This document shows, in pieces, positions 51,768 to 64,000 of a stretch of DNA of 64,000 bases (position 1 is its first letter; each line of letters begins with the position of its first letter). The notes beneath the pieces were generated by a model. The model did no database searches and had not been told where the DNA came from. It worked only from the letters and a program-made list of their open reading frames with translations. Made by a program: the position numbers and the translations under genes. The stretch comes from Styela clava. Taxonomy: Eukaryota. The stretch covers positions 24,056,001 through 24,120,000 of the forward strand of contig NC_135251.1 in assembly GCF_964204865.1 (NCBI RefSeq). The letters are read 5' to 3'.

Positions 51768-53975
51768 TTTTATTCCACTGTAAATAAAGCATCAAATAGA
51801 CATGCAATCAGTCACTAAATCCATTCATTACAATGCAGCTTACAGGTACTTGAGCATTTAGCAGTAGATGGAAATTGACATTGTCGTTTCACGTGATCCC
51901 TTTTTCATGTTATCTTTGAGCAAACTACATTGCTGAAAGTCACTTATTCGGCTAATTTTATCTTAGCGTTAAACTTTTTTTGCTACAACTACTCCTTCAC
52001 CGTTGTGGGATACTCATTCACTTATCCTTTGCAACTTTCTCTATCTATCACTCTCAGTCATGACCTAGCTTTGATATAATTTTATTTGTCTGGCATATCA
52101 AAACCAATGGTTTACAGTTTAGCGGATAAAAGCCCGCGTGGTTCGCTTTTTCATTAAGCTGTAATTATACTCTATCCTAATATAAGTTGTCAGTAATTAC
52201 CATGTGTGCTACCATTTTTACGCTGAAATAATGGCAATAAAAACTGATTCGTCATGTGCTAACTTGGATATATTATTAAATGCAACATGAAATCTAGTTT
52301 GAATATATAAATCTATTTATATTCTCTACATGCAAAAATTTTGAAGTTACGTAACTGCCTAAATTTTGGCTTTTTACTATAAGCAAAAATAATCATCGAC
52401 AATGACCTTTCGAGCAGAACATACGGCAACAGTGCTTGAGGCAATCGGCGGAAATAAACTATAGTTGTAGTGAAAAGGATAACAAATGCGGTAACCGCCC
52501 TAACAACGATAGCGCAAAAGGCACGACAAAAGATTCAAATAATTTTAAAATCTGGAAAATAAATGATAAATCGGAAAATTCTGTATTTTTCGTTATTGCG
52601 TAGGACACTGACGTCGAGCAAAAAATATGAAAATTACTATTTACCCGATGGCTTCCTATTTTTATAGTATCTCCCACTCGATGAGTTTTATCTTTGTGTA
52701 ATATTGTTTAAAAATATTTGGAAGAAGTTCGCAAGTAGAACATTTCGTAGAATGTTATGTTATGACACAAACCTTGCAACTAATTTTTTATCCTCGTGCT
52801 GGTTGCTGGCTGGCAAATATACATATACGTGACTCGACTTGGTCAATTTATTTATCGTGATTCTACTGTTTATTCATATGCCATATTATTGCATTTACCC
52901 CGGCTAAACCTACATTTTATTGTAAAGTATGGTGTCATGCAACTGAACTTTCCCTTACCAATAACAATGACTACAAAATGATTACTATCACTATTTTATT
53001 CTGATAAAATTCTTCTTATCCTTATTCTGATAAATCATTTTTTACTTTTTTGTCACTATCGACCACAAGTGATTTTAGGTATATATTTTCATGTGAGATC
53101 TATTTCCCTTCGGTAAAAGAACTTACAAAGTCTGTGTTGGAGCGATATATTCGTGTTCGCGGTGGGGATGAAAATAAAACACAAGTATCTGTCTGCTCAC
53201 GCCCGATGGATACATTTCGGTGGACAAGAAAACAACTTATAACTGAGGCAAATATCGCATGACGTTCGTTTCAGCATTTAGGTCAAATGAAATGAAATAA
53301 TTTAAAAAAAAAATCCTGTTCCTTCAAAGGCTCGAATAGATCGACAGCAACATTTGACAAGGAGATACGTGGTCAAACATGTTTTCACATTCCAATTATG
53401 ATGTCACGAACTCGGAAGAGTCGACTCGTGTCTTTGACACATTACTTTTATTCGTTTTCGTCGAATCCGACCATCGACTGACTCGTCCCATCCTTGTGGT
53501 ATGTTGTTGCTACGCTCAATTCATTTCAAAGTTGGTCCGGCTTCCGCTCACGCAAACCGCTGCACATCCGCTTCTTAGTAGCATTTTTTATTGCTGCGCT
53601 TTATTTTGAAATCATTCTTGATTTATTCTTTCCATGCTTTACATTCAAGTTGAATAAAATCTTTTATCAGGGTATACTCAGTTTATAAGTCATCACAATC
53701 AGTTAACAACTCAACAAACTATTTCTTCATTTTAATATTACTCTATTTTTACAGGATATCTTATTTTCTCAAATCTGATTTGATATCAGCATTAAGAGAC
53801 TCTAATGAGAAAATGAATGCAATGATTGTCGCTATTTATTATTAATAATCTGATTATTAAGTAAGGAACAAAGTTATACAGAGAAGAAAACAATCAAAAT
53901 GTTAACACATAATGTTGTGCTAAATTGTTGAGATAGATTTGTCATGAGGTTGCTTTGTTTTGTTGAAATTACGGG

Positions 53976-56900
53976 TTAAATGTAAACAACATTCGTGCAT
54001 CCAATTGCTCGACATTGGAAACATAACTCCATCTTCACCGAGGCTGAAAAATAAATATGATAATTTCCATTCGATTTTTATTTAAATTATTTCATCTGAT
54101 TTCATTTTATCAAATAACATATGTTTGATCCTTTTTATTTTAAATTGATTTGTTCGCAATTCAGCTTCTGGCAAATAAACTGATCTCAACTTGATGATAT
54201 TTTACATTTTTAACAACTTTCTTTTTATTTGAAATGAATTTGTACCTAAACGAATAAAATTCGGATTTTTCTCTAACTGAATCACGCAAAATATTGTAAA
54301 CTTAAAATATATTTGCGGACAGATTATAACCGTTTGAATTCGTGCACAAATATTATTAAGTACAAGCCTGTTTTTAAGCAGCATGTTACTTAGTCCAAAA
54401 TGATTCTTATTTGTGTAAATAAATTTTGTTGTATTCAATCATTTGGTTGCAATTCAGTGACACTAGCATACCTGCTTTGTAGCCCAATTTCCTGATTTTT
54501 AAAAAATCTTGACATTTGAAGGCATACTTCTTATCTTTCTTTCTTGCACAGTAATTGTATTTCAATAATTTATCGAAACAGGATGCTTCGATTCCAGGAG
54601 AAGAGTTTGGGCCAACTCCAGATGGCGTGTCCTATAAAACGAATATTTAATTGTACGTAAAATTCTAAATATATTTCCACCATTTCAGGCATATTATTTT
54701 AAATTCAAAACAAAGTATTAGAAGACACATTTTGTTTGCTTTAATGACAACATTTTAATCTTAATTTTCAAATTCAGTGCAACATTTTATTGAAAATTTA
54801 CGTTAATCCATACATATCTTCGTAATTTCGATAGAAAGACGTGAACGACTTAAGTGTTGAATGTTAGTGTGAGAATAAGCGCTAATAATAATTATTTTCT
54901 ACTCAAATAATGTATTTAAAATATGTGTTTCTTACTCAAGTAAATATATGAGATAATAATATACACACAGGTCAACGTGTTATATGATAGATAGTTTCAA
55001 ATATAAACTATCAAGGAGACTTACTGTCGGTGGAGCATTTTCTAACGGATCAGGAAATATATCTAGAACTGATTTATTATCATCCATATCGCCATCGTAG
55101 TGTGTGTTAGAAATTTGGTTCCATAAATATTCCGCCATTTCATACGTCGAATACAGGCAATATCCCTAAAACAAGTAGAAAAGTTTTCTGAGGCAACAAT
55201 GAAACTTCGTCTACTGTGAAAACTAGAATCGCCGTTATTCAGCCAGATGAGTGACCTATTCCTTGATAGATGCATATATGTAAGTATGTTGACTTTTTAT
55301 CCCAGTAAATATAGGAGAAAATAAGACAAACGAGAACAAAATGAGATTCGCTTATGTAACAATTTATTACTTTCACACGGGGGAATGATACTTTTCTTCG
55401 TGCCCAACTACATTACAAAATAGAAAGCCTGAGATGCGTTGCATAGGTTTCATTTTCTTTCAGCCAAATGTTATTCCTATGAAACTTGTAACTCGCAATT
55501 CGGATAAGGGGGCTAAATTATTTGTTTCAGCAAAAGATAAATTCAAATGTTTTGATTATTAAACATTTAAATCTCGTTACCATATCTGTTAATTCACACA
55601 GGCGAGCTTCAAAATCTATCAATCCGCATGGACTTTCCGGTAAAAATTCTCCGTTGTTACAGTGAACCTTCGAACTTTTTTTAAGAACGTATCCTTCCAA
55701 GCATGTAACGTAACAACGTTTATAAAAATGATATTTGCTTTCATCAAAACATCTTGCTTTTTTCACTGATTGTATTTGAATTGTATACTTCTCGCAGTAG
55801 TCAAGTGCGTTCCAACCTGTTTGAATGAGCCAGTGAATAATTTGAAAGTGATGTAAATGCAGACATATAGACCACCGTGTTTGAAGATAAATACTCATTT
55901 ATGTATATTGAACTTGGAAATTTCTATCTATGTTTTTTCTTGCAAAAATCATTTTGATGAAATTTTAATGTTTTTTTTATGTGCTTTATGTAATTTTCGT
56001 TTTGAATCGTTCCTTCTTTCATTTCATTTGGTGTAGATATCTATGCGAGTGTAGTAGTTTAAAAAGACAATCACAAGGCAATAAATAAAGTGGTGAAATT
56101 CAAAACTTTAAGAAAGCGTTCTCATTTGTACCACCTCACCGCCAACATTTCCTCATTCCAGAAAATCTTACCACGTAACTACGTGGTAGCTCGTGACACG
56201 CTTTACATAAATCTGGTACAAACATTTAATACAAAATAAATAAAGCTAGTAGTCAGTTTCGGTGCACGTTATCCCTTTGTATACCGAAAACGTTGGACGA
56301 ACTACGGCCCACGGGCCAAATTCTACCCGCTTTTCAATCTGGCCCGCCTGATGCTGCCACAACCAAACTAAAACCAAATTTTGCCGTTTCAGCTGAAAAA
56401 TATTGCAGGAAATTGTTGAGATTGCGAGTACACCCCCCCCCCCCCCAATCTGACCACTGAATCTGTACGTTTTCAACAATGACAGTATATATGAAAGTAA
56501 TAATTAGTTGAACGAAGACTCAACTTACTCTCATAAGATGCGTTAAATCCTCTGAACTCATCTACTTCGTCACTCACAAACTCAACGATGACTTTATTCG
56601 ACTTTGAACGATATGTATTATGGCCAAAAATGGATGGAAAATAACGTCCCATGTCCTTTGTATCGTTTTCGTATATCTTAAATGATGAAGTAGGATAAAT
56701 GTGATATAATATTACTTGTAGAAATTCAACAGATTTTCGATGAAATTTGAGTATTGGCTATATACTAAAATATATTAATTGCACGTTTTTATCTAAATTT
56801 CTTAACGAATACGAATTCTGGTAAAAAATTATTTTGCATTTTGGTATTGTAGCGTGATATAGTCAAAAGCAATTCAATTCATTGGACAGAAACAAATTCG

Positions 56901-58633
56901 ATTCTAAAACAAGTAAACAAGGCAAAATTGGACGCTGAGAAAATTAAAAACAAAAAAACGGGTCGGACCTCCTGAAGTATGCGCACCAAGATGTCGCAAA
57001 ACTTGAACATATTATGTGTACCAGGTTAGAGTTAGGGTTGTGCGACATCTTGGTGCGCATACTTCAGGAGCACCAAAGGGTCTATTAACTTCTTCCATCT
57101 TTAATCACTGAAAATATGGAATCGATTGGTACATTAGTTACTTTTTAAAACAGTAAAGTATTGCATGTTTAAGATCTCAGTTCCAATGAGGGCCTATGAT
57201 AATCCCAGCTGTTAACAAGAGCCTAACTCTCTTATCCAATATACAAAAGACAGTAAAATGGTAAAAAAATTCCTATTCGTATCATTTTGAACCTCAACCA
57301 ATTTTGATTTAAAGTACATTCAGTTACCTGCTGCTTAGAGACTTTTATGGCGATCGTGTTGCACACATCACGAGCAAATTAGGCGTTTTGGTACTCTCGA
57401 ATTATGTGAACCAAGATGGCGGACCGGAACGTAGTATGTGTATAAATACTACGGGAGTCACTTGGATAGTCCCCGAACTCGTGATAGAACTAAAATATGG
57501 AAAACACATACTAGGTATGTACACATACTACGTTCCGATGTCCGCCATCTTAATTCACATACTCCGGGAGTACCGGCGTTTTAATCCAACATATTATGAT
57601 TTATTCAGTATTGATTTTTGATTTTTGAACTTTTACCAATACATAGTCATTTATGATATCGCCAAGTGGAAATAAACCGCTTCCTAATTCAAAGTCATTG
57701 AACGTTATTTCTATGATGTTTCCAGGTTCAACTTCGATCACCCAATCACAAACTTGATCGCTAAGATATTCCAACGGATAAAACGGACTTGTGAACGATC
57801 CTGATGGTGAAGTCATCAATTTTGGTCCACATATTTCTGATAAAATAAAAATTAAAAAAAGTGACAAAAAGTTCTCGTGGATGGAGTTTACCAGGGCATC
57901 GACTTCCTTCTTAATTTTTGTAAACAATGGCTAAACATCAATAACCTAACGGCGAGGCACTAATAGAGGATTGAACAACTGCTTAGGTGCATTTCGCGCG
58001 AAGACAATTTTTAAAGCATGGTTGCAAACTCCTTATTTCTGGGATTTTTCTATTTATTTGTCAGTTTTCAGTCGTATTTCCAAATGTAAAACATAAATGA
58101 AATAGATCCCCAAAGTTCTTTTAGTTTCCGAGAAGTTGTAGTGAGGAGGCAGTAATCGAAAATTAGCCATGAAAAACTACTATATACTTGGACAAAGTTA
58201 ACTATCAGTATTTTTAAATAGCAGGCGATCAAATAATCTGAATCCAAATGGTGATTGTGAAACATATAAAGCATTTTGTACGCGCAAAAATACTTCAAAA
58301 ATGAGAACCCACAATTTTGCAATGATAATGTGTAAGAATAATGTTTCTGTGCTCAAGAAGAGGGGAAATATTCACTGCAGGCGCCGATTTACAGCACCTT
58401 CGGGTTAGAAAACTGCAAACAATTTTCATTACATTACAAATTTGGCTGGCACATTGCAAGCTGATTTGAATCCTTCAAGATTTTTGCAAGTAATACGAGT
58501 TTGCCATTTTTACAATGAAAATACAGTAAGAGTAAAGAAATTAGAGTTAACGTGACTTACCTTCTGGCGCTGGCACAATGATGCATTGAACAATCGGTAT
58601 ACTGATCAGTAAAAACTTGGCTACACTCAACAT
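53976..58633 (-). CDS. Paralogue F: secreted CUB + sushi-like + Cys-rich cationic domain protein (about 341 aa, 7 exons)
   Basis: Exons 58633-58561, 57836-57637, 56676-56529, 55816-55581, 55165-55025, 54631-54472, 54043-53976, all GT-AG and in frame (1026 nt). Ends CFQCRAIGCTNVVYI*. Confidence 0.88.
56965..57074. mobile_element. Short Merlin-like MITE
   Basis: Hairpin ctcctgaagtatgcgcaccaagatgtcgca. TSD aacgggtc/aaagggtc. Confidence 0.8.
57390..57574. mobile_element. Merlin-like MITE
   Basis: GG...CC termini, TIR ggtactc.cg.a.tatgtgaa..aagatggcggac, perfect 8-bp TSD GGCGTTTT. Confidence 0.85.
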
Positions 58634-61600
58634 AACGAAGTTCGAAACACTGTACTTTAAATAAGCTGGAATAATATTCGTTGCAAATTGAGTCGACACA
58701 ATGGTTGAATGATAACATAAATATCACATATAACTAAGTCACGAGTTGACCACACGTCACAAGTTAATAAAATGCAGGACTTGGTGGGAGAAATTAACAA
58801 AACTTGAATAGTTCTAAATATTGACATACCTTTTTGAACGTTTGAGCAATCAAGCTGCTATTGAAGTTGGACCTGTCTGCTAACCGTGTTTGCTAAAGTA
58901 AATTTTGCATTGCGATTTTAATCACACAAACTAATATAAATAGCAAATACCTAACTGATCTTTTTATTACTAATATTTTTATGCGTTCAACCTGCGATAT
59001 ATTTTATCGCGAGACCATTTTGATAATATTTAAGCATGGAAACCGGATTACTGCAAATATTAACTGTTTTTAAAAATTAAGGCAAGTAGTCATTCCATAT
59101 AATAATTCCCTGACAGTGTTGACTTGAAGTTAAAATGTATCTTTTAGCTCGATAATGTTTGATCAAGACACCTTTTGCAGCAATATATCTACTTTAATTT
59201 AAGAGTAGGATATCGAAATTTACACATCCGTATTCAAATGTATGTAAACTTTGTCAATCACTAGGCATGTTAAGTACGTGAATTTGGGTTACAAAATAGT
59301 AAGTTCTTTTCACGGTTTTTACGAATAAAAGACGTATTAGCTATACTACATAGGTGATTACTTAACTCCATTCATTCCGTTGTCTTCCATTAGACAGTAC
59401 ACTAAATAATAAACCCAGCTTGTCCATACCATTCTAATCTAGAATAAAAATAAAAGTCTTATATAAAGTCCTGTTCTAACATTCGTACTACATCAAATAA
59501 TATTATCGTTCGAATGAATCACCCCAAGCTATATTTTGCACCTTGTTAAAGTTGATTTGATAATCATAATAATTTGCTTGAACGGGACGCGCGACACGTA
59601 CCGCAACCACAAAATACGAAAGAAGATCGTGAACATATTTCAAATTTTCTGTAAACAATACAATAAAAATATGGGATAATTTGCATAACAGTTTTGAAAT
59701 AACTTTATGGATGCAAGCGTGTAATAACAAGAAGTCTCCTTATTACCATGCCTCAATATTTCATGCAAAAGAAAGCCAAAAGCTATGGTAAAATACCCCC
59801 CACAATACTTTCAACTTATGACCATGTACATTTTAAACGCTTCAACGTGAACTTATATATACTTGGAACAATGTGATTCTTCTATTTCTGCGTTTGTGGA
59901 CGGTCTTCATTGTTATTCTAATGAATTTAATTGTTTTTATGTCACAATAACACGAGATTCTTATCATACGCTGTCTTTTTTGCCTCATTTATCTCTTTCT
60001 ACGTGCGTTTTATCACGAATTCACCCGACAATCATTATCAAGGAAACCCAAGTAATATATAAAGATTTCGTGACACGCATTTCTTGTATTCAAATATTTT
60101 TGAGATTCAACACATATATAATCACTGTGGCTACTTTTTGTCATCATTGTTAATTGTTTAACTAAACTATTATAGAAAGATAGCATGCCCCTGATACATA
60201 TATCATATAACTATAAGCCCATTATTTGAATTCAATAATGTTGCGGAACTTTTGCAAATAGTCAGATATTCGCCTACAAAGTCTATTTTTATTATTAAAA
60301 AGCGTTTAATAATTAGACCTTGCAACGCTAAAATAAATAAAAATTATTTTAATATGTGAAAAACTTGCAAGTTTTGACCACATTGTTTTACACATTTAGA
60401 GTCCTTTACTCCGTAATTTTAGATAATCAACCATAAGAGTAAATGAATGAATTTGCAAAAACACATTATCACTAATCACGACAAATTAATTGAAAAACTA
60501 TTTTCAAATCCTAATTAATTTCCAGCTTCGTTTAAAAAAAGACAAAGACCTTTTAACCTATACATTCGCCAAGTTTTTTTTAACAAGGTTGACATTTGAA
60601 TCTCGTGTTTTCTATTATGCTAACCCAAAATTGGATTTTATTTGTATTCTTATTTATTGACTTATTGAACCAGGCTATGTGGACATAAAATATTCGCAGT
60701 GCGGCTGTTGCGATACGTATTTTTAATCTAACATATCTTTGTTAAAGTTTTCTTTCCAAACAAAGGAAAGCAACGAAATTCACCCACTTAATATTTATCA
60801 ATATCAGTGCATGTTGTGTTTATGGAAGTACCAACAATTTGCGAACATTATAAGGAGATTTACTTAACTTGTTAAATCGGCCCCTCTTGCTGCGGAAAAA
60901 TGATAAAATATTGGGAAGTATGTAAGACAGAAAGCTGAAGACTTCAAAATTAGCTTCATTTAAATACTGCATTTAAAAACAACCACTTTATAGATTATTC
61001 TATCTCTTTCTACAATGCTGAAATAAACACATTTGACCGCACGTTTACATACCTATTTGGTTTTGTATCCCTTTCCGTGTTATTTCATTCTATACAGTAG
61101 CGGCGCCCAAACTTTTTGTTCGTGCGGCGCCAAATCATCACGGAAAGAAGTCGCGACGCACTTACACGAAAAAAAATGATGCTTTTAAATAAAACTCAAC
61201 TTTGTGATCGCAATGTAAGGAAAATGATCATCTCTTCTTCCTCATCTCTGTTTAATTTTTCTTCAAATGCTAAAAAAATCACTGATGTTTGCTAAACTCG
61301 GTTCAGCAGATAAATAAACTGCAGCTCGCGAAATTGCAGCAAATGGTGACTACCTCTAATATTACCTAACGATAGAGGCAGACACTATACGTAATAGAAA
61401 GTAAACGCCATAAACACCATACATTATAATGTCAATTATTGCGGAATTTGATATATCCCTATACAGTATTTAAATATATATATATATATATACGTTAAAT
61501 CTATTGTTTGTTATTATATGCAAGTAAAAGAACTATATACACCAAATAAAATAGAATAACATATTAAAGTGAATACATGTTTTAACGTGTGAAAATGATA

Positions 61601-61696
61601 GATATCAATTTTTTTTTCCAGTTTTGCAGTTCGTAAATGTTGAAGTTTACTGAATGAAATTGAAATCTAACGCATCTCGGAAATATATAATACACT

Positions 61697-63844
61697 TCAT
61701 TTGCTTTTGGACTGTTCAATTTCGCTTTCAGATTGAAGACACTTTGGAATTTGTATAATTTCCACTGAAAAACAACCAGTTCCACAAGATTTGCCATCTT
61801 GTGATAGAGTGCAAACCGAGAACAAAACTTTTTCGTTTGCAACTTCTCTGACTATTCCATGTGCAACCCAAACATACGATTCACCATCGCATTCGGGAAT
61901 GTCTTGACGAATACAAAGCAAATCTCCTACGTGACCCGGCTCCGTGGATGTGAACGAGCCGCCCGAATAGAATGTTGAATCCCACTCAACTTCAACATTT
62001 TCCAGTCGTACAATCAAAGGTTTGTGACCGCTTGTAAATGAACATTTTAAAAATTCTACCTTCTCCAATATTCCCAAAGCATATATGTCTGTTCTATCTG
62101 ATTTGAATGCTAATTCGGGATTTTTTATGTGAGTCAAACACAAATGACAATTTGGCCCAATACTGAGTAATCTTAGGCTGAGTTCTTTGTTTTTATTAAC
62201 GTCATATTCTGATACTTGAAGCTTAACCAGAAAGTTGGATTCCACGGTAAACAAGGTATCACAACCACTCTTCTTGTATGGATATAGAATTGATTCCGGT
62301 TGAGGCCCTTCAAAATATTCTATAACTTCCTCCGGAACATCCCTTCCCCAATCCTCCAAATAATCATCAATGTTTCCGCGATTTAAGGTAACGTATTCCT
62401 GATTGAAATATTCAGATTCACAATAAACATTCTTCAGAAGAAGAACTGTCTTTCCATTTTCAGTTTCTACTTCCATGTTGTAATGAAGTTGGTTGTATTG
62501 AATTCTTTTGGTTGGTCTCATTATGAGCAGTTGGTGTTTTAGATTATTAAAGATATATGAGACTGAAAAACCATTGGCACCAACATTTGTTATCACAGCG
62601 TCAGCCAAGTGTGGATTGTAGTAACGAATACAAAGCAGGCCAAGCAAATCATTTCGCGAGTACAGTGTTGAGCTCGGTGACACACAAGAATTAATTAAAA
62701 TTTGCTGATTGACCTTGCTCGAAAGTTTTCGCAGCGGCGAAGTGAAATGCGCTGCATCTTCTTCAGGTAAGTTTGATGCTAATTTCACGTCAAGCTCGAA
62801 TTTAACGCTCCTTTTAGCCGAGTCCGTGGGTTCTACAGAAAGAAACAAATCGGAAGATGCTAAAAAAGGCGCTAGTTCCTTAACACCAAAACATGTTTCC
62901 GTTTTATCTCTTTTTACTTCATCGTAAATATCACGTGGTACCAAAAGAATTTTGCTTTCTCTTTTCATTATTTGAATTGATGTATGTTTAGTGATTACAT
63001 GACCAAAAACATACTTCTTTGCGCATTCGTTGTAACAATGCAATATTTTACCGACAAGTAAATTTAATTTCCAATCTTCAATTTCTCTTTTCCGAGAAAC
63101 AATGTTATAACGACTCCATTGAAGATATTTAGCATCCATAAATTTGTTCCAAAGAATTTCAAACTCCCTTCCTTTAAATTCCATGAAAGAATACTCCTTG
63201 AAGATTTTCACTAGAGTAAAAGTGGGTGCGCTTGCATTTGTCGAACAGGTATGAAAATAAAATGAAAGAGCTAAAGTAACACGACCTTCTAAAAACCCGC
63301 TTTTACGGTGATGCACGGGAATTTCATCTCTATGATGGGCAGAAATGTGTATTCCAATTTTATTACAACCGGGTTTTCCGCATTTCTGACACTTTTCAAT
63401 ACTAAAAGCGTCATCATGGCGTTTGGTTCCTTCCGTGTCTATTGTAAAAGCTTGGACCATATTTGACACCACATTAAATTTCATCAGATCGACTTTAGGT
63501 TGGATTGCTTTTGATAATATTTTAACTATTCTACCAAGGGTATAATCACGTGGCTGTCTCCAACTATCTGACATTTCTCGCATCCTCTTCATTTCTTTTG
63601 ACTTTTGAAATAACACAAGATCATCAACTTCAGCATTGTCTAGACACCATGGATTATTCGGAACAAAATAAGTTTCGGGAATATTTGCATCAATTCTTTT
63701 GATTTGAATTATATTTTTTGGGAGTTCTACTACAGTAGCCACAAATAATTCCGGGTCGAAACGTTTTTCTGCTGGATGACGGTAATTACACCTATACCCG
63801 AGTTTGCATGATCCATAAGTCATATAATTTCGACATGTTTCCAT
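61697..63844 (-). CDS. Intronless CCCH zinc finger + RNB (RNase II/R-like) protein, HELZ2-like but without helicase domains, 715 aa
   Basis: N-terminal C-x8-C-x5-C-x3-H. RNB motifs AFTIDTEGTKRHDDAFS, IGIHIS and HFTSPLRK. C-terminal GDLLCIR...WVAHG resembles, from recall, the post-RNB region of HELZ2. Uninterrupted 2.1-kb ORF. Confidence 0.82.
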   Translation of the reverse strand: METCRNYMTYGSCKLGYRCNYRHPAEKRFDPELFVATVVELPKNIIQIKRIDANIPETYFVPNNPWCLDNAEVDDLVLFQKSKEMKRMREMSDSWRQPRDYTLGRIVKILSKAIQPKVDLMKFNVVSNMVQAFTIDTEGTKRHDDAFSIEKCQKCGKPGCNKIGIHISAHHRDEIPVHHRKSGFLEGRVTLALSFYFHTCSTNASAPTFTLVKIFKEYSFMEFKGREFEILWNKFMDAKYLQWSRYNIVSRKREIEDWKLNLLVGKILHCYNECAKKYVFGHVITKHTSIQIMKRESKILLVPRDIYDEVKRDKTETCFGVKELAPFLASSDLFLSVEPTDSAKRSVKFELDVKLASNLPEEDAAHFTSPLRKLSSKVNQQILINSCVSPSSTLYSRNDLLGLLCIRYYNPHLADAVITNVGANGFSVSYIFNNLKHQLLIMRPTKRIQYNQLHYNMEVETENGKTVLLLKNVYCESEYFNQEYVTLNRGNIDDYLEDWGRDVPEEVIEYFEGPQPESILYPYKKSGCDTLFTVESNFLVKLQVSEYDVNKNKELSLRLLSIGPNCHLCLTHIKNPELAFKSDRTDIYALGILEKVEFLKCSFTSGHKPLIVRLENVEVEWDSTFYSGGSFTSTEPGHVGDLLCIRQDIPECDGESYVWVAHGIVREVANEKVLFSVCTLSQDGKSCGTGCFSVEIIQIPKCLQSESEIEQSKSK

Positions 63845-64000
63845 CGCTAGAGTCGATGTGAGAAGCTAAAACGCTTGGAGTGTAGAAATCACAGACAACT
63901 TTTATATTTTTACTAATTTTTGTCTTTATTTACGTAAAACATAAAATAATATAATGAAAGAAAACAAATTGACTCGCTCGTGTGGCAGACAGGTATTATT

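Overview
AT-rich, intron-containing animal DNA, most likely an ascidian (tunicate). That assignment is an inference from the 7TM family motifs, the lectin motifs and the repeat types. The main content is a minus-strand tandem array of six diverged paralogues (here A-F). I rebuilt them by hand from splice sites, because the ORF track shows only fragments. Each has the same exon layout (7 exons, phases 1,0,1,0,0,1; exon 7 not found for E) and encodes a secreted protein of about 340-360 aa: signal peptide, CUB domain lacking its second disulfide, six-Cys sushi/CCP-like domain, acidic linker, and a six-Cys cationic C-terminal module I cannot assign to a known family. Paralogue E has a charge-reversed (acidic) C-terminal module. 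Paralogues C and D share an apparent GT-AT intron. Between D and E lies a local tandem duplication carrying a C-type lectin pseudogene, an intronless orphan 7TM gene, a truncated Tx1/L1-like LINE and part of gene E, with reciprocal inactivation of the 7TM and gene E copies. At the right end is an intronless 715-aa CCCH zinc finger + RNB (HELZ2-like, helicase-less) ORF. Many MITEs (Merlin-like, hAT-like, P-like), a 69-bp minisatellite and a perfect 128-bp-arm palindrome are also present.
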